Shown here one piece after another: positions 39,120 to 49,711 of a DNA stretch of 64,000 nucleotides. The notes under the pieces were generated by a model, which was not told where the DNA came from, made no database searches, and worked only from the letters and a program-made list of their open reading frames with translations. Each line of letters starts with the position of its first letter. The first letter of the stretch is position 1. Source of the DNA: an uncultured Gammaproteobacteria bacterium (GTDB lineage: Bacteria > Pseudomonadota > Gammaproteobacteria > GCA-002705445 > GCA-002716945). The translations under genes and the position numbers were made by a program. The stretch covers positions 854 through 64,853 of the forward strand of contig CAJWPJ010000003.1 of NCBI GenBank assembly GCA_913045115.1, given 5' to 3'.

Positions 39120-42100
39120 TGCATATATCAGAAACAACTGTCAAAAGACCCGTACTTGCTGCTGTTCTAAGTTTATTTGTAACACTTATAGGCCTAGCGT
39201 CATACGATAAATTAACTATTCGTGAATATCCTGATATAGATAGACCAGTTGTTACAGTATCAACTGTCTATATGGGAGCCTCATCTAAAATCCTAGAGAG
39301 AGATGTAACAGAAATAATTGAAGATTCCTTATCTGGTATTTCTGGGATTCGTGAAATAACATCCGAGAGTAGAGATGAGCTGTCAAAAATAAGGATAGAG
39401 TTCACACTCGAGACTGATCTAGATACAGCAGCAAATGACGTTAGAGATAAAGTTTCAAGGGTAGCCCCATTGTTACCCGCCGAAGCAGAATCCCCTCGCA
39501 TTGCTAAGTCAGATTCTGATGCTAGAGCTATTATGTGGATAGGTTTTTCTAGCGATATACTGACTTCTATACAACTAAATGACTATTTAGATCGTAACAT
39601 AGTTGATAGATTATCAATTCAACCTGGAGTTGCATCAATTACTATTGGAGGTGAGAGAAAATACTCTGTAAGGGTGTGGATGGATCCTGAACAGATATCC
39701 TCAAGAGGATTAACAATCATTGATGTAATACAAGCTATTAAGAATGAAAACATAGAGAGGGGAGCAGGTAGATTTGAATCTATAGATAGAGAAATTGGGT
39801 TAAAGCTTGATTCAAAACTTTCAACACTCAACGAATATAATAAAATTGTTGTAAAGCATTATGGAGATTCAAAAATATATTTATCAGACGTTGCTGATAT
39901 TAAAATTGGTCCGGAGTCAGATAGAGGTTTTCTGAGAGCTAATAATAAGAGTGCAATAGGATTAGGAATTGTTAGACAAACTAAATCTAATGTCCTAGAT
40001 GTTGCCAATAATATCAAAGCAGAATTAGACCTTATCAGACCATCATTACCGGAAAACATTGAAATGACTATAGGTTATGATCAGTCAAAGTTTGTCAATG
40101 AATCAATTGGTGAAATAAGGTTTGCTCTTACAGTTTCTATGATTCTTGTTATTTTGATAATTTATTATTTTTTGTCATCTAAAACTGCCACAATAATTCC
40201 TGCAGTTACAATTCCAATATCAATTATTGGAACTTTCTTTATCATTTATATCTTCGGTTATTCTTTAAATGTACTCACATTCCTAGCACTAGTTTTAGCT
40301 ATCGGACTAATAGTTGATGATTCTATAGTTGTTATGGAGAATATAAAAAGACGAATCGAAAATGGAGAAGATAATTACTCTGCATCTATAAATGGAGCTA
40401 AGCAGATAACTTTTGTTGTCATAGCGACTACTCTTGTGTTAGTGAGTGTATTTTTACCCTTGTCTTTTATGGGGGGCAAAACAGGGAGACTATTCATTGA
40501 GTTTGGTGTTGTATTATCATTTGCAGTAATAATCTCAAGTTTTGTAGCTCTGACATTAACACCCATGATGTGTTCTAAAATCCTTGAGAAAAATCAAAAA
40601 AATACACAAAGAGAGTTATTTCTTAAATTCAAAAAATTTTATGAAAGATCTTTGATTGCATCACAAAAAAATACAAAAATAGTCTACAGTGCAACAATAA
40701 TATTTATTGTTATTTCTATTCTTTTATTCAAATTCTTACCAAAAGAATTAGCGCCATCAGAAGACAGAGGTATTTTCATTGTATCAGTAAATGGACCTGA
40801 GGGGTCATCATTAGATTACACAAATGGAATGGTGAAAAAAGTCGAAAAAATACTATCAGAGTATGTTGACAGGGGTGAAATTAAAACAGTATTTGCGATT
40901 GTCGCTCCTGGTTTTTCTGGTGAGCCCGGTAACGTAAACTCTGCGTTTATCTTTGCCTCTTTAATGCCATGGGAGGAAAGATCTAGGCATCAGAAAGATA
41001 TTGTACGTGAGATTTTTCCAAAATTAATATCTATGCCAGGAGCAATGATATTTACAATTAACCCTCCCAGTCTCGGGCAAAGTCCATTTAAATCTCCCGT
41101 AAGACTTGTTATTAGTGGAACAAATTATGATCAAGTTGGTGAGTGGGGAGAAACTATTAAAAATATTTCCCAAGATATAGGATTAAGAAATGCAAGGATA
41201 GATTATAAAGTTGATAAACCAAGATTAAATCTAAAGGTTAATAGAGATGCTGCCTCTAATCTTGGAGTTTCTGCGGAGGATATTGCTACTACTCTAGATG
41301 CACTTTATGGTTCAAGAAAAGTAACCAATTATTCTTATGATGGAATTACATACAATGTTATTGCAAAAGCTGATGATGATTTTCTAATCAATGAAAAAAA
41401 CTTAGACAACATTTTCATTAAATCCACTACTACAAAAAAACTCATTCCTCTTAGCAATCTAGTCAGTAACAATCTCGAAGCTACTAGTAAAAGCTTGAAA
41501 AGAGTCAACAGGTTACCCTCAGTAACATTATCTTCATCAATTGCTCCAGGATCATCTCTAGGTAACACTTTAAATGATCTAATAAGTGAATCATCTAAAG
41601 TTCTTCCTGCTAGTGCGAAAATTTCTTTCGCTGGAGCTTCAAAAGAATATTTTGAAACAGGATATAAACTTGAATTAACAATTTTAATGGCAATATTAGT
41701 TGTGTACCTTGTGCTATCAGCACAATTTGAAAGTTTTAGAAATCCATTAATTATAATTCTAACAGTTCCTATAACTATGACTGCTGGAATCTATGCGCTA
41801 TTCGTTACAGGTACTTCATTGAATGTTTATAGTCAAATTGGTTTTTTGATGTTAATTGGACTTATAGCAAAAAATGGAATACTGGTAGTAGAATTTGCAA
41901 ATCAATTGATAGCAGAGGGAATGAAAAAGTCACAAGCTGTAATCGAATCATCTTTAATTAGGTTTAGACCAGTTATAATGACAACACTATCAACGCTTCT
42001 GGGAGCAATTCCATTAATTCTGAGTTCAGGTGCAGGAGCAGAGAGTCGTTTTGCAATGTCTGTTGTTGTATTCGGTGGCATTGCATTAGCATCTTTTATA

Positions 42101-42151
42101 ACTTTATATTTAATACCTGCGTTATATCTACTAATTGAAAAAGACGATTAG
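39119..42151 (+). CDS. RND family efflux permease (AcrB/HAE1-like)
   Basis: 1010 aa. N-terminus is typical of AcrB (VKRPVLAAVLSLFVTLIGL) and the protein has 12-TM architecture. Confidence 0.9.
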   Translation: MHISETTVKRPVLAAVLSLFVTLIGLASYDKLTIREYPDIDRPVVTVSTVYMGASSKILERDVTEIIEDSLSGISGIREITSESRDELSKIRIEFTLETDLDTAANDVRDKVSRVAPLLPAEAESPRIAKSDSDARAIMWIGFSSDILTSIQLNDYLDRNIVDRLSIQPGVASITIGGERKYSVRVWMDPEQISSRGLTIIDVIQAIKNENIERGAGRFESIDREIGLKLDSKLSTLNEYNKIVVKHYGDSKIYLSDVADIKIGPESDRGFLRANNKSAIGLGIVRQTKSNVLDVANNIKAELDLIRPSLPENIEMTIGYDQSKFVNESIGEIRFALTVSMILVILIIYYFLSSKTATIIPAVTIPISIIGTFFIIYIFGYSLNVLTFLALVLAIGLIVDDSIVVMENIKRRIENGEDNYSASINGAKQITFVVIATTLVLVSVFLPLSFMGGKTGRLFIEFGVVLSFAVIISSFVALTLTPMMCSKILEKNQKNTQRELFLKFKKFYERSLIASQKNTKIVYSATIIFIVISILLFKFLPKELAPSEDRGIFIVSVNGPEGSSLDYTNGMVKKVEKILSEYVDRGEIKTVFAIVAPGFSGEPGNVNSAFIFASLMPWEERSRHQKDIVREIFPKLISMPGAMIFTINPPSLGQSPFKSPVRLVISGTNYDQVGEWGETIKNISQDIGLRNARIDYKVDKPRLNLKVNRDAASNLGVSAEDIATTLDALYGSRKVTNYSYDGITYNVIAKADDDFLINEKNLDNIFIKSTTTKKLIPLSNLVSNNLEATSKSLKRVNRLPSVTLSSSIAPGSSLGNTLNDLISESSKVLPASAKISFAGASKEYFETGYKLELTILMAILVVYLVLSAQFESFRNPLIIILTVPITMTAGIYALFVTGTSLNVYSQIGFLMLIGLIAKNGILVVEFANQLIAEGMKKSQAVIESSLIRFRPVIMTTLSTLLGAIPLILSSGAGAESRFAMSVVVFGGIALASFITLYLIPALYLLIEKDD

Positions 42152-42474
42152 TTCTTTGGGATTATTTTTAAACCCTTTTGTTTTGAATAGTATGTTGATA
42201 AATCAATGATGTCTTGTTCGGAGAGGCCTGCAGCGAATCCACTCATAATAGCATTGTTTCTCTCACCACTTTTGTATGCATTTAATGCATGAATAAGATA
42301 ATTCTTATATTGACCCGCTAGTCGAGGATACATTTTGTTCTCACCATTACCATCAGCCCCATGACATGCAGAGCAAGTAGCGGATTTATCTTTTCCTCGA
42401 TCATAACTGGCATCCGCATGAACTTGATGTGAAAACACAAAAACTAGACAAATTATGTATAGAATATTTTTCAT
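42148..42474 (-). CDS. Monoheme class I cytochrome c
   Basis: Signal peptide and the CSACH heme-binding motif. Confidence 0.75.
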   Translation of the reverse strand: MKNILYIICLVFVFSHQVHADASYDRGKDKSATCSACHGADGNGENKMYPRLAGQYKNYLIHALNAYKSGERNNAIMSGFAAGLSEQDIIDLSTYYSKQKGLKIIPKN

Positions 42475-42776
42475 TTAACTGATTCGAAATAGTTAGCTAT
42501 GTCATTGATATCTTGATCGCTTAAACCTGATGCATTAGCATGCATTGTGTCATGTTTGCGTTCACCTCTTTGGTATGCTTTCAGTGCAGAGACTATATAA
42601 TCAGAATGCTGTCCTCCTAGTTTTGGAACTTTATAGGTAGGATATGTGTTGTTGTAACCCTCAATTGCATGACAGCCCAGGCAAGTCTCTGATTTCTCTT
42701 TTCCTGTGTACTCATCTGCATGAGTCATTGGTATTAATATTATTATAATTGCGAGGCTTTTGAGTATAGCTTTCAT
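42471..42776 (-). CDS. Monoheme class I cytochrome c
   Basis: Signal peptide and the CLGCH heme-binding motif. Overlaps the downstream cytochrome gene by 4 nt (ATGA). Confidence 0.75.
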   Translation of the reverse strand: MKAILKSLAIIIILIPMTHADEYTGKEKSETCLGCHAIEGYNNTYPTYKVPKLGGQHSDYIVSALKAYQRGERKHDTMHANASGLSDQDINDIANYFESVK

Positions 42777-42874
42777 AAAATTTGTGGCATTATAGCATTA
42801 AATTTAAAAGAGATAAAAGAAGATTTTTTTTGTATAATTACAGGTGACATCATTAAAGATTTAAATCAATAAGA

Positions 42875-43087
42875 ATGCCAATATACGAATATAAATGCGA
42901 AGATTGCGATAAAGTTTTTGAGGTAATTCAAAAAATATCTGATAAAAAGCTCACTAAATGTAAGTTTTGCAAAAATGGCACAGTCTATCGCATGGTCTCC
43001 TCATCAGGTTTTAGACTGAAAGGTTCAGGCTGGTATGAAACTGATTTTAAAACAAAGAAATCAGATACAAAGAAAACGGAAACATAA
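42875..43087 (+). CDS. FmdB-family zinc-ribbon protein
   Basis: MPIYEYKCEDCDKVFE...CKFCK carries two CxxC pairs; typical small ORF upstream of aspS. Confidence 0.7.
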   Translation: MPIYEYKCEDCDKVFEVIQKISDKKLTKCKFCKNGTVYRMVSSSGFRLKGSGWYETDFKTKKSDTKKTET

Positions 43088-43090
43088 TAT

Positions 43091-44851
43091 ATGGAAAGAT
43101 CCTATTGCGGTTTCATTGATATTGAATCTGTCGATGAAACTCTTAATATCAAAGGTTGGGTTAACACACGCAGAGACCATGGCGGAGTTATATTTATCGA
43201 TTTAAGAGATCACACGGGGCTTGTACAAGTAGTCTTTAACCCAGAAGAAAAAGAAATATTCGAAGCTGCACAAGCTATACGATCTGAGTATGTGCTAGAG
43301 ATATGCGGGCTTGTAAAAAAGAGGTTAGATGGCACATATAATCCTGAAATGTCTACAGGCAAGATAGAGATAATTGCTAAGAAATTGACTATCCTCAATA
43401 TATCAAAAACTACACCGTTTAAAGTCAATGACGAAAGCACCAACGAAGACCTGAGATTACAATATAGATATGTCGACTTGAGAAGTAATTACATGCAAGC
43501 TAATTTAAGGTTTAGATCAAAACTATTCAGCGTGATTAGAAATCATTTGGGTGATTTAGAGTTCAATGAAATTGAAACTCCGATTCTTACAAAACCTACA
43601 CCCGAAGGAGCGAGGGATTATATCGTTCCTAGTAGAGTTCATAAAGGCAGTTTTTTTGCGCTGCCTCAATCACCACAATTATTTAAACAAATGTTAATGA
43701 TATCTGGTCTAGATAAATATTATCAAATAGCAAAATGTTTTCGTGATGAAGACTTGAGAGCAGATCGCCAACCTGAATTCACACAACTTGATATAGAGTG
43801 TTCATTTTATGATGAAGAAGATATTATGTGTTTATCTGAGTCATTGATGCAAAAGATATTCTCTGAATTAATCGATAAAGATATTATCTTAAACTTTCCA
43901 AAAATTACTTTTAAGGAATCAATTGAAAAGTATGGATGTGATAAACCAGATCTAAGGAATCCGCTCCATCTAGTCGATATATCAGCTCATCTAGTCAATA
44001 CAGAGTTTAAAGTATTCAAAGATTGTATCAACAATCCTGATAAGCGTATCGTTGCACTTAATATTCCAGGTGGATCAAAACTCACTAGAAAGAATATTGA
44101 TGACTATACTGATACTGTAAAGACATTCGGAGCTAAAGGTCTAGCTTATTTTAAAATCGAGGATTTAAGCGACACTGATAAAGGGATAAGTTCTCCAATC
44201 AAGAAGTTTTTAAGCTCTGATGAGATTAATAAAATAATTAAATCTGTTAAACCATCAAATGGAGATTTAATCTTTTTTTCAGCTGACACAGCAGATGTTG
44301 TAAATAATTCAATGTCGACATTGATTTCAAAGATAGGTGCTGATTTAGATTTAATAAAAAGTGGATTCAAGTTTGCGTGGATAGTAGATTATCCTATGTT
44401 TGAATATGAAAAAGGGACTAAGAATTTAACGTCTCTTCATCACCCCTTTACTTCCCCAGTGTCAAATTCTCAAGACTTTAATGATAAAACGCTCTCACGA
44501 GCATATGACCTAACACTCAATGGAAATGAAATTGGGGGAGGTTCAGTGCGTATCCATGAAAAATCAGAACAACTAAAAGTCTTTCAAGCACTAAAGCTGA
44601 CTGATAGTGAAATAGATAGCAAATTTGGCTTTTTTCTAAAATCTTTGGAATATGGTTGTCCGCCTCATGCAGGTATAGCTTTTGGGCTAGATAGAATAGT
44701 TATGTTACTAAGAAACTTAAACTCTATTAGAGATACAATTGCATTTCCAAAAACACAATCATCATCATGCCTTCTGACAGAGGCTCCAACTGAAATTGAC
44801 CTCGAACAATTAAAAGAGCTTGCTATAAAAACTAATAAGCCAAAAACATGA
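43091..44851 (+). CDS. aspS: Aspartate--tRNA ligase
   Basis: 586 aa. N-terminal OB-fold anticodon-binding domain plus class II motifs (FRDEDLRADRQPEFTQLD, GLDR). Confidence 0.95.
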   Translation: MERSYCGFIDIESVDETLNIKGWVNTRRDHGGVIFIDLRDHTGLVQVVFNPEEKEIFEAAQAIRSEYVLEICGLVKKRLDGTYNPEMSTGKIEIIAKKLTILNISKTTPFKVNDESTNEDLRLQYRYVDLRSNYMQANLRFRSKLFSVIRNHLGDLEFNEIETPILTKPTPEGARDYIVPSRVHKGSFFALPQSPQLFKQMLMISGLDKYYQIAKCFRDEDLRADRQPEFTQLDIECSFYDEEDIMCLSESLMQKIFSELIDKDIILNFPKITFKESIEKYGCDKPDLRNPLHLVDISAHLVNTEFKVFKDCINNPDKRIVALNIPGGSKLTRKNIDDYTDTVKTFGAKGLAYFKIEDLSDTDKGISSPIKKFLSSDEINKIIKSVKPSNGDLIFFSADTADVVNNSMSTLISKIGADLDLIKSGFKFAWIVDYPMFEYEKGTKNLTSLHHPFTSPVSNSQDFNDKTLSRAYDLTLNGNEIGGGSVRIHEKSEQLKVFQALKLTDSEIDSKFGFFLKSLEYGCPPHAGIAFGLDRIVMLLRNLNSIRDTIAFPKTQSSSCLLTEAPTEIDLEQLKELAIKTNKPKT

Positions 44852-45840
44852 TTGAATCTAACTACAAAAAAAGATTAGAGCAAGTAAAAGCTTTTCTTGA
44901 CGATAATGACGCAAAGCTTATATCACACTATTATGTAGATTCTGAAATTCAGAGACTTACAGAAGATACAGGTGGCTGTGTTGCAGATTCACTTCAAATG
45001 GCTAAGTTTGGCACCCAACAAAAACAGAAAAATCTAATTATTGCAGGTGTTAGATTCATGGGTGAGACAGCGAAGATACTTAATCCAGAAAAAAATATAT
45101 ATGTCTTAGATAAAGATGCTACGTGTTCTCTAGACGATAGTTGCGAAGTAGATTCCTTTAAAAAGTTTTGTGATAAATATTCTAACAGAGAAATTGTGGT
45201 CTACGCGAATACCAGTGCAGATGTAAAAGCTATTTCTGATTGGGTAGTTACATCAAGTATAGCTATTCCTCTTGTTGAAAACTTAGCAAGTCAAGGCAAG
45301 AAAATTATATGGGCTCCTGATAAATATCTAGGGTCTTACATTAAAGATCAAACAGGAGTGGACATGATCATGTGGGACGGAGCTTGCATAGTGCATGAAG
45401 AATACAAAACTATAGAACTCAAAAAACTTATTCATGAGTTGGGCGATTGTGAAGTTCTAGTTCATCCTGAGTCTCCGAGAAGTATAATTCAGCTTGCTGA
45501 TGTTGTTGGATCAACAACAAAGCTAATTAATGCATCTAAAATCAGCAAATCTAAAAATATTATAGTTGCTACTGAGAAAGGAATATTCTATCAAATGAAA
45601 AAACTATCACCTGATAAAAACTTCTTTGAAGCTCCCACTGAAGGGGAGGGTGCAACATGTAAGAGTTGTGGTAGATGTCCATGGATGCACCTGAATACAT
45701 TTGATAAACTGAAAGGTGTAATAAATCAAAAAAATGAAATTAGTCTTAACGAAAAGACTATAGCAAACGCGAAAAAATCAATTAATAGAATGATTGAATT
45801 TGAAGATAAATATTATCAAAAAAATAAGAGGGCATCATAA
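44848..45840 (+). CDS. nadA: Quinolinate synthase NadA
   Basis: NadA family sequence; 330 aa. Confidence 0.8.
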   Translation: MIESNYKKRLEQVKAFLDDNDAKLISHYYVDSEIQRLTEDTGGCVADSLQMAKFGTQQKQKNLIIAGVRFMGETAKILNPEKNIYVLDKDATCSLDDSCEVDSFKKFCDKYSNREIVVYANTSADVKAISDWVVTSSIAIPLVENLASQGKKIIWAPDKYLGSYIKDQTGVDMIMWDGACIVHEEYKTIELKKLIHELGDCEVLVHPESPRSIIQLADVVGSTTKLINASKISKSKNIIVATEKGIFYQMKKLSPDKNFFEAPTEGEGATCKSCGRCPWMHLNTFDKLKGVINQKNEISLNEKTIANAKKSINRMIEFEDKYYQKNKRAS

Positions 45841-46553
45841 TGGCGGGTCATAGTAAATGGGCTAATATTCAACACAGAAAAAAAGCGCAAGACAATAAGA
45901 GGGGAAAAGTTTTTACTAAGATAATTAGAGAAATTACCGTAGCTGTAAAGCTAGCTGGCCCCGACATAAGTAGTAACTCGAGACTGAGACTCGCTATGAC
46001 TAAAGCTAATAAGAATAGTGTGCCTAAAGATACAATTGAAAGGGCTATAAAAAAAGGCTCAGGACAAAGCGATAGTTCATTTGAGGAAATAACATATGAA
46101 GGATATGGCCCAAAAGGAATAGCAGTAATCATTGAATGTCTTACTGATAATAAAAACCGAACTGTATCTGAAGTAAGACATGCTTTAACTAAATATAATG
46201 GTAGTCTTGGGACTAAAGGATCAGTTTCTCATCTGTTTAAGAAAATTGGAATTCTTACACTTATTGATACATCAGAAGATGACTTGATAAATCTAATTGA
46301 TGATGTAGAAATCTTGGATTATGAGCAGACTGATGATGATTGTGTTATCAATACGGAACCAACTAATTTATTTGCAGTTAAAACCTTCTTTGAATCTAAA
46401 TCTATCAAAACAAAAGATGAAGAATTAATACTTGAACCTACAACTATGTGTGATATTGGTGAAAACGATTTAGAACAGATTGAGCTATTTACAGATAATT
46501 TAGAGGATTTAGATGATGTTCAAAATATATATACGAACATTAACGTAATATAA
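45840..46553 (+). CDS. yebC: YebC/PmpR family DNA-binding transcriptional regulator
   Basis: MAGHSKWANIQHRKKAQDNKRGKVFTKIIREI is a hallmark N-terminus. Confidence 0.9.
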   Translation: MAGHSKWANIQHRKKAQDNKRGKVFTKIIREITVAVKLAGPDISSNSRLRLAMTKANKNSVPKDTIERAIKKGSGQSDSSFEEITYEGYGPKGIAVIIECLTDNKNRTVSEVRHALTKYNGSLGTKGSVSHLFKKIGILTLIDTSEDDLINLIDDVEILDYEQTDDDCVINTEPTNLFAVKTFFESKSIKTKDEELILEPTTMCDIGENDLEQIELFTDNLEDLDDVQNIYTNINVI

Positions 46554-46559
46554 AATATC

Positions 46560-47057
46560 ATGACAGTTATATTGGGAATTGATCCAGGTACAAATGTTAC
46601 AGGATATGGAATCGTCAAGTTAGAGCAATCTAATCTTACTTATTTGCACCACGAGATTCTTAAAACTGGTCTCAAAAATTTATATACCGTTAAATTATCT
46701 TTGATTTACGATAATACAAAAAGACTAATACAGCTTTATCAACCAGACGTAGTAGCACTAGAGTCTGTATTTTTCAGTGTCAATGCAGGTACGGCTATAA
46801 AATTGGGTCAAGCTCGGGGCGCAGCTTTATCTGCGTGTAGTGGGGAGAACAGAAATGTTTATGAATACAGCCCAAGAAGAGTCAAAATGATTATTACTGG
46901 GAATGGAGCTGCAGATAAATCAGAGGTCCAAAAGTATGTAAAGAAAAAATTAAGATTAAGAAGAAAACTTGAAGAAGACGCATCAGATGCACTAGGAGTA
47001 GCGCTTTGCCATGGTGTAACGTCAACTGATACTCCAAATGATATTAAGCCAATTTAG
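46560..47057 (+). CDS. ruvC: Holliday junction resolvase RuvC
   Basis: ILGIDPGTNVTGYGIV at the N-terminus; 165 aa; follows yebC. Confidence 0.9.
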   Translation: MTVILGIDPGTNVTGYGIVKLEQSNLTYLHHEILKTGLKNLYTVKLSLIYDNTKRLIQLYQPDVVALESVFFSVNAGTAIKLGQARGAALSACSGENRNVYEYSPRRVKMIITGNGAADKSEVQKYVKKKLRLRRKLEEDASDALGVALCHGVTSTDTPNDIKPI

Positions 47058-47066
47058 AAAAATATA

Positions 47067-47708
47067 ATGGATACACTTATAATTAATGAAATTTTTTACT
47101 CCATACAAGGAGAAACCTCTCGTTCAGGCTTTCCTACAACATTTGTTAGACTTACAGGCTGTCCTCTGAGGTGCTCATATTGTGATACTGAATATGCATT
47201 CAAAAATGGCTCGAAGATGTCATTTGATCAGATAGTCTCTACAATAAAAAAAAATGACTCTTTATATGTAACTGTGACAGGAGGAGAACCACTCGCACAG
47301 AAGAGCGTTATTCCGTTCTTAAGGTATCTTTGTGACATGGATTACTCTGTATCTATTGAGACAAGCAATGCATATGACATATCAGATATTGATTCAAGGG
47401 TTTCAGTTATTTTGGATGTTAAAACTCCTGCTTCTATGGAATCAGATAAAAATATGATCTCTAATTATAAAAAGCTTAAACCTCTCGATGAGATAAAGTT
47501 TGTTATTTGTAATGTGGATGATTTTAATTGGTCAAGGAATTATATTTCCTCGCATAATCTTGATTCTCTCTGCCCAATTTTGTTTTCTCCATCATATGAT
47601 GATATGCCAATATCTGAACTCGCAGACCTTATTCTTAAACATTCAATGAATGTAAGACTTCAAGCGCAACTTCATAAAACTATTTGGGGTCCAGTTGATG
47701 GGAAATAA
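47067..47708 (+). CDS. queE: 7-carboxy-7-deazaguanine synthase QueE (radical SAM)
   Basis: FYSIQGETSRSGFPTTFVRLTGCPLRCSYCDTEYAF. Confidence 0.85.
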   Translation: MDTLIINEIFYSIQGETSRSGFPTTFVRLTGCPLRCSYCDTEYAFKNGSKMSFDQIVSTIKKNDSLYVTVTGGEPLAQKSVIPFLRYLCDMDYSVSIETSNAYDISDIDSRVSVILDVKTPASMESDKNMISNYKKLKPLDEIKFVICNVDDFNWSRNYISSHNLDSLCPILFSPSYDDMPISELADLILKHSMNVRLQAQLHKTIWGPVDGK

Positions 47709-48372
47709 AAGGGCTCTTATTTTGTATTCCGGAGGACTAGACTCTACAACTGTTCTTCATCATGCCTTATCTCATGATTATGATTGCATAGCTCTTACTA
47801 TAGATTACAATCAAAGACATTCATATGAAGTCAAGTCTAGTCAAGAATATCTTAGACAAGAAAATATAGAGGGTTTAATTTTCAAAATCGATCTATCTCA
47901 AATAGGAGGTTCTGCGTTAACAGACAATGAACTTAAAGTACCCATGAAACATCAATCTGGGATCCCCATAACTTACGTTCCTGCAAGAAACACAATTTTT
48001 TTATCTATAGCATCAGCATATGCAGAGAAACTATCGATCTCTGAGATCTTTATTGGGGTTAACCAGATTGACTATTCAGGTTATCCAGATTGCAGACCTG
48101 AGTTTATAGACAGTATTAAAAGCACTATTAATTTAGGGACAAAAGCCGGTGTAGATGGTGATTCAATTTCAATAAATGCTCCACTCATGAATATGTCAAA
48201 AAGAGAAATTATACTTTATGGCATAGAATTGGGCATTGATTATTCCAGAACTGTATCTTGCTATCAATTAGATAGTGAAGGAGACGCATGTGGGGAGTGT
48301 GACTCATGCAAATTTCGAAAGGAAGGTTTTAGATTAGCCGGTATTAAGGATCCAACTAGATATAAAAATTGA
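47695..48372 (+). CDS. queC: 7-cyano-7-deazaguanine synthase QueC
   Basis: PP-loop LILYSGGLDSTT and the C-terminal Zn-binding Cys cluster CGECDSCKFR. Confidence 0.85.
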   Translation: MMGNKRALILYSGGLDSTTVLHHALSHDYDCIALTIDYNQRHSYEVKSSQEYLRQENIEGLIFKIDLSQIGGSALTDNELKVPMKHQSGIPITYVPARNTIFLSIASAYAEKLSISEIFIGVNQIDYSGYPDCRPEFIDSIKSTINLGTKAGVDGDSISINAPLMNMSKREIILYGIELGIDYSRTVSCYQLDSEGDACGECDSCKFRKEGFRLAGIKDPTRYKN

Positions 48373-48396
48373 AAATTTATTAAAAATATATAAACT

Positions 48397-49608
48397 GTGA
48401 TTTTGTACATGGAAATAGCAACAACAATATTAATTTACACTTCAGTATTAGGGTTTATACTCGGCTATGTTGTTAATAAAACAAATTTCTGCACAATGGG
48501 TGCTGTGTCTGATTTGGTGAACATTGGTGATTCTTCCCGCTTAAAAGCATGGTTTCTTGCTATTACAGTTGCAATACTGGGTGTCACATTTCTGGAATAC
48601 ACCGGGACATTAAATGCAAACGATTCAAGAATACCTTATCGTAACTCAGTCTTTTTCTGGCCAAGATATATTATTGGTGGAGTAATGTTTGGCATAGGAA
48701 TGACTTTAGCGAGTGGATGTGGAAATAAGATTCTTATTAGAATAGGTGGTGGAAATATAAAATCAATTTTTGTTTTAGTTATTGCAGGGTTAATGGCTTT
48801 ACTTATGACTAGAACTGATTTCTATGGTTTGATATTTCATAGTTGGATGAGCCCTATTAGTCCAGACCTAGCGAAAATTGGTATAGGTGATCAATCAATC
48901 CAAACAATAGTTGCATCGCTCATCGGTTTAGATAACAACAGTATATTTATTACCTTGATAGTTCCACTGATAATTTCCGCAATACTTCTGAAATATATTT
49001 TTTCTTCAGATAAAAAACTCAGTAATGACAATCTCCTCTCTGGTGTAGTCGTAGGTTTAGTTGTAACGTTTGCCTGGTTACTCACAGGAGGTGACCTTGG
49101 TCAATCATGGATAGAAAACAATGATTTCTTAGATACACCTTATCCTGCTGTCGGAGTGCAGTCATTTACATTTATTAACCCCATGGGAGAGGCACTTTTA
49201 TTTACAAGCAATACATTCGATAATTTCTTTTTAACTTTTGGTGTAGCGGCCCTATTTTCAACAATCTTAGGTTCATTTGTGTATTCAATTTTAAGCAATA
49301 ACTTGAGAGTGGAATGGTTTGCAAATAAGCATGATTTTTTTAGACATATGATTGGTGGAATATTGATTGGTATTGGAGGAGTTCTATCTCTAGGCTGTAC
49401 TATCGGACAAGGTGTTTCAGGTGTTTCTACATTAGCTATAGGCTCCGTAATTACTCTATTTTCAATCATATTTGGTGCTTCACTAATGATGAAAATCGAG
49501 TATTATAAAGCAGTGTACGATGATAGTGGTTTCTTTGAACTTCTTAAAAATTCACTTATAGATTTAAGGGTTCTCCCGGAAGCTCTGAGAACTCTTGAAA
49601 AGATTTAA
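48397..49608 (+). CDS. YeeE/YedE family inner-membrane sulfur-compound transporter (TsuA-like)
   Basis: Two internal repeats, each with a conserved Cys-containing loop: MTLASGCGNK and VLSLGCTIGQG. Confidence 0.7.
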   Translation: MILYMEIATTILIYTSVLGFILGYVVNKTNFCTMGAVSDLVNIGDSSRLKAWFLAITVAILGVTFLEYTGTLNANDSRIPYRNSVFFWPRYIIGGVMFGIGMTLASGCGNKILIRIGGGNIKSIFVLVIAGLMALLMTRTDFYGLIFHSWMSPISPDLAKIGIGDQSIQTIVASLIGLDNNSIFITLIVPLIISAILLKYIFSSDKKLSNDNLLSGVVVGLVVTFAWLLTGGDLGQSWIENNDFLDTPYPAVGVQSFTFINPMGEALLFTSNTFDNFFLTFGVAALFSTILGSFVYSILSNNLRVEWFANKHDFFRHMIGGILIGIGGVLSLGCTIGQGVSGVSTLAIGSVITLFSIIFGASLMMKIEYYKAVYDDSGFFELLKNSLIDLRVLPEALRTLEKI

Positions 49609-49615
49609 TATATTT

Positions 49616-49688
49616 GGGGCGTTAGCTCAGTTGGTAGAGCAGTGGCCTTTTAAGCCATTTGTCACAGGTTCGAATCCTGTACGCCCTA
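49616..49688 (+). tRNA. tRNA-Lys (anticodon UUU)
   Basis: Acceptor GGGGCGT/ACGCCCT, D-arm GCTCAGTTGGTAGAGC, anticodon stem-loop GTGGC-CTTTTAA-GCCAT, T-arm ACAGGTTCGAATCCTGT, discriminator A. CCA is not encoded. Confidence 0.9.
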
Positions 49689-49711
49689 AGGTATTTTCAT
49701 ATTTTTTATTT

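Noticed and set aside
39268-41568. Several 60-80-aa antisense ORFs inside the RND permease gene, plus similar ones inside secA, ftsZ, leuA and ilvI
   Set aside because: They are embedded antisense in long, well-supported genes and are low-complexity. They are typical spurious ORFs of AT-rich DNA.
42148-42776. Possibility that the two cytochrome c ORFs are one frameshifted diheme c4 gene
   Set aside because: They are in different frames with an ATGA overlap, and each has its own signal peptide, so they are consistent with two genuine monoheme genes. They are kept as separate CDSs, with the caveat noted in the findings.
49595-49700. 5' part of the tracked ORF 49595-50569 (MKRFNIFGALAQLVEQWPF...)
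   Set aside because: This stretch is the translation of the tRNA-Lys gene itself (49616-49688). The hydrolase must start downstream of the tRNA, probably at a non-ATG codon.
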